DNA of 64,000 bases from Antedon mediterranea. Its lineage: Eukaryota; Animalia; Echinodermata. The DNA lies in contig NC_092673.1 in the NCBI RefSeq assembly GCF_964355755.1, positions 24,177,648-24,241,647 of the forward strand, read 5' to 3'. A program made the position numbers and the translations under genes. Below are positions 10,738-21,837 of the stretch, in pieces; positions within the stretch are counted from its first letter, which is position 1, and the number at the start of each line of letters is the position of its first letter. The notes beneath the pieces are model-generated. The model ran no database searches and had not been told where the DNA came from. It saw only the letters and a list, made by a program, of their open reading frames with translations.

Positions 10738-13700
10738 TTATACCCAATCTGGGTCATTTGCGGCTATTGTATTTCCTGGTAGATGCGGAAGGGGCCTTGT
10801 TTGTACAGCATTACTAACATCTTGCTCTTTGTCCGGTGTTCCTGGCAGTGGTCGATTACTAAGAACAGCTTGACTCTCTCCAGTTGATGTCAGAGAAAGA
10901 CTTCTTTGCATACTTCTTCCATGTTTACTGAAAGATTTGGTCTTACTAGAGGTAGAGATACCAGCTGCAATCTCGACTGGTCCTTTAGAAGAAGAGGTAT
11001 TCTTCTCCGCTGACGCAAACTTTTTCGGTTTGGGTTTCTTTTCCGGTTTTTTATCGTTCTTTTTCTTGATAGGATTGGGACTAGAAAAATGACTAGCTGG
11101 TTTTACTGCACACGCGAAGTTCGTTTTCTGAACTTTTGTGAAGTCCGTAAAATGTCCTAACAAATTTGGATTGGAAAGAGATTTTTTAAGTCTTGTGAGT
11201 TTATCACTTGTCTTGGGTGATCTTTTGGTGTTTGTTTTAGATGCTGATGTATCTAAAACTTCAGAATACTCCTCTTGCGATATCCCGTTCAAAATGTTTG
11301 GGTTTGACAGCGATCTTTTTATTTTTTCTCGATCAATAATTTTCTTCGCTGGTGATGTTCTTTTCACGTCTGCATATATATACCCTGTTTCGTCATCTGC
11401 AGTAAGCTTAAGGTTTTCAATATCTTCATAAGCCGTGGAAGGTGCTGTTGAAGAAGCCTTGGGAGTAGGGTTTTGGCTAAGTATAGTATCTTCGTAAGCC
11501 CTAGGGATAGTGGAAGGATCTACGTTGCTTACAATATCTTCATATGCTGCACTTTGGACGCGTGACTTAGCTGATTTTGTTTTACCTTTAACTTTGCTAT
11601 AAACTGTCTTTACAGTGTTCATTTCTGTATATGCTTCTGGTAAAACTGTTTTAGCTTTGTTCACTTCTGTATAAGCTTCTGGCAATATTGTCTTTGCATT
11701 GGTCATTTTTGCATACGCTTCTCGTAAAACTGCCTTTGCATTGGCCATTTCTGTATACGATTCTGGTAAAACTGTTTTAGCATTGTTCATTTCTGTATAT
11801 GCTTCTGTCTTAACATTGCCTATTTCTGTATACTCTTCTGGCAAAACTGTCTTAACATTGCTTATTTCTGTATACTCTTCTGGCAAAAGTTCTGTCTTAA
11901 CATTGTTCATTTCTGTATACGCCTCTGGCGGGAGTGGAAGTTGCCTTGATCCGAACCAAGATGGTTTAGATAAAGAAGTTCCTGGAGAAATGGATTTGGC
12001 CAGATCTAGTGACCCTATAAGAGGTGATTCATCTTGCAACGAACTTGTGGATATAGTATCCAGTAGTGCATCAAGAGAAGGAGACTTTTTAATAGACTTA
12101 GTGTTAATTTCAATTGATCGTTTCATGTCAATATAACCTAATTCTGCGTCACTTATTTTATCACGGTTCACGCTTGCATATGGAACACTTGGCTGTCTAT
12201 GTAACTGCTCGCGTTCTTTTGAAAACATTGTGAACTGTGTTTCTGAAAGAGATTTAGGTGGTTGCGCGTCTTCTGGTTCCGCAACACCACCAACCGCTCC
12301 TTCTGGTTCCTCTTTAACCTCCTTTGGTATGGCAAGCGGCACCATTCCTTGTACCATGCCTGGTACCATTCCTGGTACTAGACCAATGAACTGTGGTGAT
12401 AAAGGTGAAACAAGATAACCTTGATTACTGTGAGTGTGTCCAGGCGAGAAATAAAAACCAGGACTAATTAGGGGTGCATTTTCGTAACTTCCAGTGAGAG
12501 CATTTTCATACGGACTTGGTGTACTGACTTGTTGAACAATCGCTGCATGTTTGGCATTTGTCATTGCTTCGTAGGCTTTCATCGATGAGGAACTTGCGCT
12601 GCGTGGTATCCCCATAGTAGTATACGCCATATGACCTCCGACTGCACCGTGTAGCGGGTTACTATTGCGTCGATCAGGTCCTACTGAACTAGTGTCGGAT
12701 GTAATAGAACTTCTATGTGAAAGTATGGAGTTCCGAGGGGACATGTAATGCACAGGAGGCGGTGTTTGATAGTGGTTCATGTCTGCCATGTTTTCTGAAA
12801 GAGGTCGTTTACTTGTATCTGGATAATCCTTTTGTAAGCTAGTGAATTCATCTGGTTCTAGTTCGTACATGTGTACAGGTTCATTTGCAAGACGACGTGG
12901 AAAGTCCTTTGGCCTGACAGCATCAGAAGGCATTGCGATATCATCATGAGGTAGAGATCCGTCACGTGGAGGAGGCAGTGGAGGCGGGGTTCCAACAACA
13001 GTACCATTAAAATTGGAGTGTGCAGAAATTCCTCGTCCTGAGTTTTTTCTTGATAGAACAGGGACATCATTTTCCGTACCATAAGCTGTATATAGAATAC
13101 AAAGCCATGTGTAAGTTGTGTACAATTATACAATAGTGAGAACCCATCCTTTGGGACACCCTGTATTGAGGGGACACCATTAGTGAGGGGATACCTATAT
13201 TGAGGGGACACCATTAGAAAAGTGGACACCTATATTGAGGGGACACCATTAGTGAGGGGATACCTATATTGAGGGGACACCATTAGAAAAGTGGACACCT
13301 ATATTGAGGGGACACCATTAGAAAAGTGGATACCTATATTGAGGGGACACCATTAGTGTGGGCACACTTAACATGAAATAAACAAGGAGAAATATATACA
13401 CTATGGTAAACCCCTAATCAGTGAAACACTCTATTAAGGGGATTCCATCTTTTTAACATGAAATGAACAAGGGTAATAACACTATGGCTGACCCATATTC
13501 AGGGGAACCCTATCAAAAGACACTTTGTTGGGTCCCAAAAGTAGGCATCACCTCAATAGGGGTTATATTGTACTCACATTGTTTCCTTTGAAGTCTATCA
13601 TATTTAATTCTTTGATTTTGAGCTCCGGGTATTGTTATACATGATGTGGCCATCCCAGGACCTGTTAAATATGCAAACTAAAGTTAATTCAAATCCAAAA

Positions 13701-16700
13701 AAAATATAAATGACTGAAGCCTAGCAAAATAGTAAGTTTATTTTGTATGGTTTATCAAAAGGAACACATTTTAGTTTAAATTTTTGTTTTAATCCTTATA
13801 TTTTAGGTTTTTTTGTTGTTGATTGTCTTATACATCATCATGTCCATATATAAGCACATCACATTGTTGATAGTGTACAGTAGTCGGAGCTTAATATGAA
13901 TAACATTATTAACCCGATATTTTCCTCTGGGGCAACAGGCCAAAAGTAGCAAGCCGTAGTGACTGGTACTGAGTAGCGACTTCTTCATCAGATGGGGGTT
14001 GAGGTGGGCCACCCTGTGGACTTGCAATCTGTACCAAAATAAAATTATAGGATACATCAGTATAAAAAAAATGTAGGTCATCATAATAATACAATCCATC
14101 ATCTATATATTAACCAATGCATCCTGTTAACCCTGTTAATTAAGCAGTTACTTGACCGGTGTCAAGGTCACTAATTAAAAAAGTTGACCACATAATCTAT
14201 CTATCTAGTATCTTCTGAAGAAAAAATCTTGTCACATAAACAACCAAGTTTTTCAATCTTCCAGAGTGATTTGTTTGTACTATTTTATTAACAAATTATG
14301 TAATGAGTTACTGGAATAAATTAATAACAATTGTTCCTTTTTTAATTATTTAATATTTTATTTGGTCAACATGTGGCCAGCCCAAGTGTTCGAGATTGTA
14401 TGTAGTTACTAAACTATGGAATGTTACATCCAGATTTTTGGTTTAGAAACATAATTTTATTATGAAATTATTTCTTGTGGTTTTGTCAGTGTCTAGTCTG
14501 TATTGGCGGTACTGTATGTCGTAGAACATCACATTGGTCCTGGTTCGATTTTTTTTATTGAGGAGATAATTTTTTATTTCTAAACAAGTATACAGTAAGG
14601 ATACTATGGCATACAGGTTGATTTATATTATGACGATAACTAGATAAATACGCATTTTTCTTACATAAAACAAAACAAAAAATAAAAAGTTTTCATTCTA
14701 AAACTATAGGATAACCATAAATGACTTGATGAAACTATTATTTTCACATGTCAAATCAAATGATGTCATGATTAAAAAGAGTAAGAATATTGTGACGATA
14801 CGATTTTATTGTTCTTTTTGATTGGATTTAAAAAATGTTATTTTTATCAAAGCTAGAAAATAAATGATTATTCTATAGTCTAGAATGAAAACATTTCTAA
14901 TTTCTTTTGTTTTATGTAAGAAAAATGTACCTTTATAGATTTATCGTCGATTGTTATTGTCCTTGTGTGTACAGTATCAGGCTTTAATATGGTCACATTT
15001 AAAACTGGTTAATGCATCAAGGTGACAATTTATAAGGCTAGACTGAGCACATGGCCTTACCAACACATGATACAAGGAAGGAAGTTTGTGATTGTGTTTA
15101 ACCTGATAGAAACTTGTTAATTGGTTATGAGTATCCTTTCAAAATACATATGAAAGTAAATGAATGAAACAATGCACTATGTAGCTGTGCTTTCTATGTG
15201 GTGGTATACAGTATTTGTACATCACTCAAAAAGCAAAAGCAGAATGATTTAAATCTAGAATTCTTCCAAAATTAGATTCACATCATGAAGTAAGAATAAA
15301 ACAAATCTCTAACAACTGAAAATCTCAATTGAAACTGCCTTGCTTACTAAATGATTGTATTCCTTCCATCTCTAATTCCCTTAATGTTTTAGCTTTGACA
15401 ATAGTCAGTTGTATATCCACCAAAAAAGTAAGTATTTTCTTTTTATTTATTTATTATATAGCAACATACTGCAGAAATGAATAAAAACAAATTTTAAATT
15501 ACAATAAAGAAAATTAGGAAGAATCCAATGGAATACATTGTTATTGTTTAGAGCTACCAACAAACAAGGAAAAATAATATAGGCCAACCCATCTTAAGGG
15601 GGACATTTGTTGGGTCCTAAAGGTGTCCCTATAAAGTGTTCTACAGTATCCTCACCTTTTCAGCTTGTGCCGCAGCAGTCGTGTACTCATCCATTAAATC
15701 AAACATCCTATTATCTTGTTCTGGTTGAGTCTTGAACATATAGCTGCCCTGACCCATCGGTGAATTACGCCCAGCATCAAACTTGAACTTGCCATCATCG
15801 GAACTTTCAAATCCACGGACACATTTCAGAGGCCATTGTGAGACAACAGACTTTGTTTTCTGGAAGATAAATAAATAAAAACTAGTTAGTAGTAACTTTT
15901 TGTGAGATAAAACAAAAACGTGACATGTTTTAACTCAGTAACAAATGGTTTACACCTTTCTCACAAATATCTTCAACTCCTCCCTAATAAGAGTGTTATC
16001 ATCCCCATCTTTAGATGTTATCAACCCCCTCTTTAAATATGCTAAGGCCATCAAGTATCCTCAACCTTTTCTCCAACTTTCTTACTACCCTCTCCCTTTC
16101 TAAGTATCCTCAGCTTCCCTAATTTTTCACCCCTCTCTCCCTCTCTAAGTATTCTCAACCTCCGCCCAATTTCTCAACACCCTCTCCCTCCCTAAGTATC
16201 CTCAGCCTCCTCCCCAATTTTTCACCACCCTCTCCCTCCCAAAGTATCCTTAACCTCCCTCCCTAATTTCTCACCACCCTCACCCTCTCTAAGTATCCTG
16301 AACCTCCTCCCCAATTTTTCACGACCCTATTCCTTCCTAAATATCCTCAACCTCTTCCCCACTTTCTCACGACCCTCTCCCTCATCAAGTATCATCAGCC
16401 TCCTCCCCAATTTCTCATGACCCTCTCCCTCCCTACAGTAAGTATCTTCAGCCTCCTCCCCAATTTCTCACCACCCTCTCCCCCTCTAAAGTATCCCCAA
16501 ACCTCTCAACCCTTCTGTAGCAACAGATTTCTTAGTACCTTAGTTGACAAAAGCAAACATTATTGATAGTTCAAACTGTATCTATTTTTTCCCTCAAATA
16601 TTAATCTAAACAGCACAACTAACCTTAGTTTATGTCCCCAGGGAACAAGTGGGTTAAAAGTGTTTATGGTAGATTGTGAAATACAAAGGGTATAAAAGGA

Positions 16701-19700
16701 AGTTTGTTAACATCAGCTGACTGACTAGTCTTAACTACTGTATCACTTCCTCATTTATTTCTTGAATTGAAATGATTGAAATATATATTTATACTGGGTA
16801 ACCTCTTCAGTCAAAGACTGGTCTCTCAAAGGGCCCAGTTGGTGATCAGTGGCTGTGATGTACTAATACACCGGGGTAACCCCTACTCATCTCGAAGGAA
16901 GTACTCGGTTCTTTAAAGTGCACACGAGCTAGATGTGTACACTGGACATACGGTTTATAGTCCTTTAAGACTCGTTCTACCACCAGAACCATGGAGTGAG
17001 TGAGCCTCGAACCCCTGCCGATGTTATGGCTACATAATTACGGTTCCACTGTCTTAACCGCTCGGCCACTCACTCAATCATTTCTCCTGTTTACAAATAA
17101 TAATATTGTTTTAAACAATAAAATGCTTACTATTTTAATTGTTTGTTTTTTTTTCGCACTAAGAAAAGTTTGTTACAAACTGAATGATGAGAGCACAAGA
17201 GGATGAGCTGAGGAGTAAGTATTTAATTATCATCAACCCCTTCCCAAGTATCATCAATCCCTCCCCAAGTATCACCAACCTCACTCCAAATATAATCAAC
17301 CCCTCCCTAAGTACCCCTAACCCCTCTTGATCATGCATGTACCTGATACATTTTATTCATTTATTATTATTGTGATAACTTTGGCATACCATAAAGAAAA
17401 TGAAATATGAATGCAATATGCGTTTCAAAGAAATGCACACATAGTAAATTCCTGCTTGTTACCTTTAGGGCTAATGTAATTCCCCATTTTGAAATATTCA
17501 CTAAACATTTTGAACTCTTTGCCCCAATTCTCCGCATTTCCTCTGAATCAGCCGGTATCACTTCAAATGTGTCTCCTATGACAACAAAAAAATATCAATA
17601 CAAATGCATACAATAATGAGATTTATTGTTAAATGACTTCCAAAAGAAAGAATGGTATTTTAAAGAATTTAGTTCAATATGTAGCAACATTTAGGTAAAA
17701 ACCATGTTTACTTCCTGTAGTAAATGTTAGCTTCTTTGTAACATAATTAGAAATATAATGTAATGTAATATTTTCACATGCTGTTTTTTTAAAACAAGAC
17801 TTTTATTAAACTAAAGCTATGTCTACACTATCAAACTAATTTGACAAAAAAAGTGTTCAAATATGGTAGTTTAATGACATCATTGTGTTCATATTATGGG
17901 CACATTACATTTTGTTGCCACATAAAGTTTGTAGTGTAGGAAATAGGATTATAATTGTAGATTACAAATGAAAAAACATTCTTATATTATTTAATGAAAT
18001 CTAAAAATTTAACTATTCAACCTTTTCATTTGAATTATTTGTAAATTTCAATTTTTAGAGCAGAAACACAGAAGGTATGTTGTCAGGATGACCCATTTAG
18101 AGTAACATTCTTCATAATGACTTACCAGGAAAATCTGGTCTCAACTTCGTCTGGATTTGCAAGTAAAATACCCATAAGTCCATAGTTGGCTGCGTCTCGG
18201 CCATCAGACGGTAAGTATCGATTGGCGTCTTTATGTCAAATACATGTTGCTTTCCTTTCGGGTCAAACTTTTTATCAACCCGATAATGAGGCCAAAGTTT
18301 GAGAAAACCTAAAATAGTAAAAAAAAAAGTCACAATTCAAGGGTGGGTTCACACTATGTCCAGATACTAGCCTACTAGATACTAGTCAAACCATTTTTAA
18401 GAACTTTTTATTGGTTAGTGATATTTGGTAGAAATTTTAAAGCATAACAACCAATCATCTTCTAGTATTCAATTCAGGGTTTTGGCGGCTCCAGTATATT
18501 TTCTTGCTTTTCAAACATATTTATGGGATTGTTTGCTTTTTAGACTTTTCTATCTTGATAATGCTATTACTGTCTTGTGTGTGTGAACCTAACCTAAATA
18601 GTGGTCAACAGTCTGTTCATACAAGAACTGAGAATTGAGACAGAATAAAAATATTCAGCAATAAAAAGTACATAATGAAAATTTGTATTCTATTCTATTG
18701 ACTTTCAAACCATTTAATACATGAGAAATGAAACATCATTTCCTTTTCAAAAGAAAAGTACCTAGTGTTTGTTAGTTAATTAATTAAATTAATTAAAAAA
18801 CAACAGGACAAAAAATCCTATTTCCTGGGTAAGATATGTACATACAGAACACTTGCTACTATAGTTGCCCTAGTAGAAACGTGATCCTTTTCTACATACA
18901 TGACTTAACAAGTGATTAATTTACAGATACAGTAGTACCCCAAGTGGAAACATGTTATAATATACTTTACACTACTCCAATGACTAATAAGCTAGAGAGA
19001 GTTACAATATCAGGGGGGAGAGGGGTGGATTGGGGAATACCAAAACTTCCAAGTTTCGTGAAGACACCCATAGTACCTATGACCGATTCTGGTGGGAATA
19101 CAGTAGAACACACATAGGATAAACTTCCCTCCAATAAACACAATTTCTTCCCTTCGGTTTTTAGTCATATTCATTTCACTGTCAAGTTTGTAGGCCAAAG
19201 TTTGTTGGTTTCCTTATTCTTTTTTTTCGCCTATAATCAATCATTATGAACTGTCATTAAACACTTCTATTTTTTATTCAATGATATTTTTCTTTATCCT
19301 GCTTTTGTATTATATTATTATTATTAATATTAATTATTATAGGTAACAAGATGTTTAACTGAAAAACATATTTTAGGGCTTATTATAATTTGACAGTGTA
19401 GACAAAGCTTAATACATCTGGATAACTAGTTTGACAAAAATAAGTGTCGTGATGTGTCCAAATATGGTAGTGATGTGCATAAATATGGTAGTGATATGAC
19501 ATCATCATGTCCATATATGGGCACATTTTTTTGTCACATAAAGTTTGATAGTGTAGACATGCTGTACTGTAATTACTATTATGGGTAAAAAGATGTTATA
19601 CTGAAAACTTAAGCCTTATTATCAAGATGTGTTTAATTCAACCATACTGCAATTCAATTGTTTGATAATAATTATTTACTGCAGCCTGGTTTCCTGAAAT

Positions 19701-21837
19701 TATATAATAGTGATTTCAATCAAATTAACACCATAAGAATACGATTTTGCTGGTAGGTGTTTTTAATGAAGGATTTTTAATAATAAAAAAAAAAATGTAG
19801 TGGTGTAACTCAGACTGCAGTATATATGATTGATACTGATTTGATACTAAATTTTATATGATTGACATGGCAATGAAAAATTAATTTATTTTATTTATAC
19901 GATATATCATATTGAATTATAAGAATAATAATTATTATAAGTTTTAGACAATATCATTAAAGATGTATTGTGCCCTGAAAAAAATAATTCACTAAACAAT
20001 TTTTGTTGTCACAGAAACATTGAATCGAAAAAGAAAATGTATTTACCTGTAAAAAAACTGTAATTTAAAGCAAACAATGTCAAAATGGGTGTCGGCCAAT
20101 GGGTTTTTAGTTGAAACTAACCATTATTTTGTCATTTTATAAATGAAAACACAATTTTTGTTTAGTTTTTTTTCTACGGAAGTGACTAATTTGATTAAAA
20201 CTACAAAACTACCTATTCAAAGTTTTATTTATCTAATCTTTGTTGTTCATGTTTTTGGGGGATAATACATCTTTAAGTTTGTCTAATCAAGTTGTTTTAC
20301 TTAATTGTTATGAAAATGCTGATAAAAACTGATAATTAATACACAAGCCCAACATGCATGGGGGTATATAATTATCCCCTTTAAAGTTTATGTGCACAGT
20401 ACAGTTATTTACCTTTTGGTTCATCTTTTATATTTTGTGGCTTCTTTTCATGAAAGGCAAAAAATGCATAAGTGCGTTGCTCCTCTTCCTTTAAGTATAG
20501 AACGCAGAATTTATCCTTCCAACCCGGTGACCTTTTTAAAAAGCTTTTCTTGGCCTTTCCATTTTCATCTAAGGGTGTACCTTTCTTTAGAAACCCCTAT
20601 TGTTATTTTGAAGAAAGCAAAACAAAAATATTTGAAAGTGATTATTACGCTTTTAAATAAAACTGAAACTATTACAAGCCTTTGAAATAACAACTGTGTG
20701 GTTTTCAATTCTATGAAAAATAAAGGGAAATTTAAAAGGTAATTTATGGCCAGACATTTATTCTTTCATGTATCATATTCCTACACAATTAATGTATAAT
20801 AAGTAATGTTTTCAGATACTTTCAATACAGTTTATCCATCCTATTTTAGCAGTAATTGATTTTCTTTTTAAAATCAATATTGTACCTTTTGTGGTATGTT
20901 TGCAGAAACAGTTACACATTTATTTTGGTAACATCACATCTAATTTTTGGACTGTGTTAAGCTTTTTATTATTAGCCGGTGGTCGTAACATTACAGGATG
21001 TTTGCCTTGGTATTTCTAATGTGGATAATCCTACTATTCTTTATGCAAAATATCTTACTTATTCTTGTAGAACTAGTCGTAAGATGATTCCAAGTATTGT
21101 AAACAAAAATGTTCTAAAATTCGAAAAATTTATCGAACAACATATTGCTTTTAAGAATAATAACATTGACTCATGGAACAAAAAATGGAACTTCTTAAAT
21201 CTTAATTAGTAATTTTTTTTCAGTAATTTGCCTTTGAATGTATAATAAATTATATATTTGAAAATATTATCATTATTACTTATTAGTGTGGTTTTTTAAT
21301 TCCTACACTATAGAGTAGCTCAAGAACAATCTTATTAACAATCATTATCATCATGATTATGACTTATACTGTAATTAGTCATAGGTAGGCCTATGTTCAC
21401 CTAACATAGTTTCTAGTATATACAGTATTATACAGTATATCGTTTTACTATTGATATATATTAACTAGTAAATGAAGAATCATTGATTACATAAAATATA
21501 TGTTCACGTCATAATAAACATCGTTTCTATGCTTAATAAGCATAAGCTACACTTCTTCCTTGCTAGGCCTAGGACAATGAAACCACAAAGGCACGACCGC
21601 AAAATACACACTCTTATTGGCTAAACTCCCCTGTATTTCAATGTCAAATCAGGCCTAGGCCTAGGCTTGTGTACAAAATACTTGGGTTTTTTAAAGATGC
21701 TACATATTTTCTTGTTAATATAACTGTATGACATATAATTCCAGATCATACAAATAATAATGTTCAGGCCTATTAAAACAATAAACTGAACTTACTTGGT
21801 AAATAACTTCAATATGTGTCGTTTCTTCTTCGGCCAT
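10738..21837 (-). CDS. DOK-like docking/adaptor protein: PH domain, IRS-type PTB domain and a long Tyr/Pro-rich tail (about 1030 aa, 7 coding exons)
   Basis: Phase-consistent GT-AG exons: 21837-21796, 20596-20413, 18308-18126, 17575-17463, 15859-15656, 14028-13914, 13661-13578, then the long terminal exon 13085-10738 (8 segments in all). PH: YQGFLKKG...WKDKFCVL...HVFDIKTPIDTYRLMAETQPTMDLWVFYLQ. PTB: QWPLKCVRGF...FKFDAGRNSPMGQGSYMFKT. The tail has many YxxM, YxN, YxxP and YxxI/V motifs plus RPLP SH3-ligand motifs. Confidence 0.88.
11590..11935 (-). repeat. Coding minisatellite: about 8 x 42 bp encoding (L)PEAYTEMNNAKTV
   Basis: Plus-strand unit ttctggtaaaactgttttagcattgttcatttctgtatatgc recurs with in-frame variants. 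Visible in the ORF 10738..13125 translation. Confidence 0.92.
13130..13572. mobile_element. Tc1/mariner-like MITE remnant with an internal tandem array (13160-13355)
   Basis: Six tattgaggggacaccattag units alternate with tgaggggataccta or aaaagtggacaccta spacers. The ends resemble dispersed gaaccc...gggacac...gtgtccc fragments at about 5210, 8920, 15590, 28810, 45445, 54120 and 61860. Confidence 0.55.
14630..14985. mobile_element. Foldback-type MITE family B, copy 2
   Basis: Homologous to 7541-7893 (catttttcttacataaaacaaaa...ttctaaaactatagg...aatcaaatgatgtc...ttatcgtcgattgttattgtccttg), with internal inverted symmetry. Confidence 0.65.
16030..16510. repeat. Intronic pyrimidine-rich minisatellite, about 45-bp unit, about 10 copies
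   Basis: Recurrent aagtatcctcaacctcctccccaatttctcaccaccctctccctc. A related shorter array lies at about 17230-17330. Confidence 0.85.
16780..17075 (-). mobile_element. tRNA-derived SINE with a Deu/Nin-like central domain
   Basis: On the minus strand: A-box gtggccgagcgg, B-box ggttcgaggc, then ggactataaaccg...gcactttaaagaacc...gagtaggggttaccccggtgt. Related copies at 47600, 51830 and 58375. Confidence 0.75.
17814..17940. mobile_element. PIF/Harbinger-like MITE family A copy
   Basis: agctatgtctacactatcaaac...cacataaagtttgtagtgtag. Confidence 0.7.
19390..19562. mobile_element. PIF/Harbinger-like MITE family A copy plus an adjacent end fragment
   Basis: ctagtttgacaaaaa...aaatatggtagtgatatgacatcatcatgtccatatatgggcac...gtttgatagtgtagac. 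Confidence 0.7.

Noticed and set aside
11138-12418. Plus-strand ORFs 11138-11431, 11699-12136 and 12230-12418
   Set aside because: They are antisense shadows of the adaptor's large coding exon and its repeat.
13086-13125. ORF-track N-terminus MYTTYTWLCILYTA of the 795-aa ORF, which looks like a signal peptide
   Set aside because: It is intronic. The acceptor at 13086/13085 joins in phase with upstream exon 13661-13578.
13160-13355. Repeat-spacer appearance resembling a CRISPR array (also 24000-27720)
   Set aside because: The spacers are themselves repeated, there are no cas genes, and the context is a eukaryotic intron.
17000-17075. tRNA-like A and B boxes (also near 38445-38462 and 51855)
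   Set aside because: No complete cloverleaf, and they continue into a dispersed SINE body, so these are SINE heads rather than tRNA genes.
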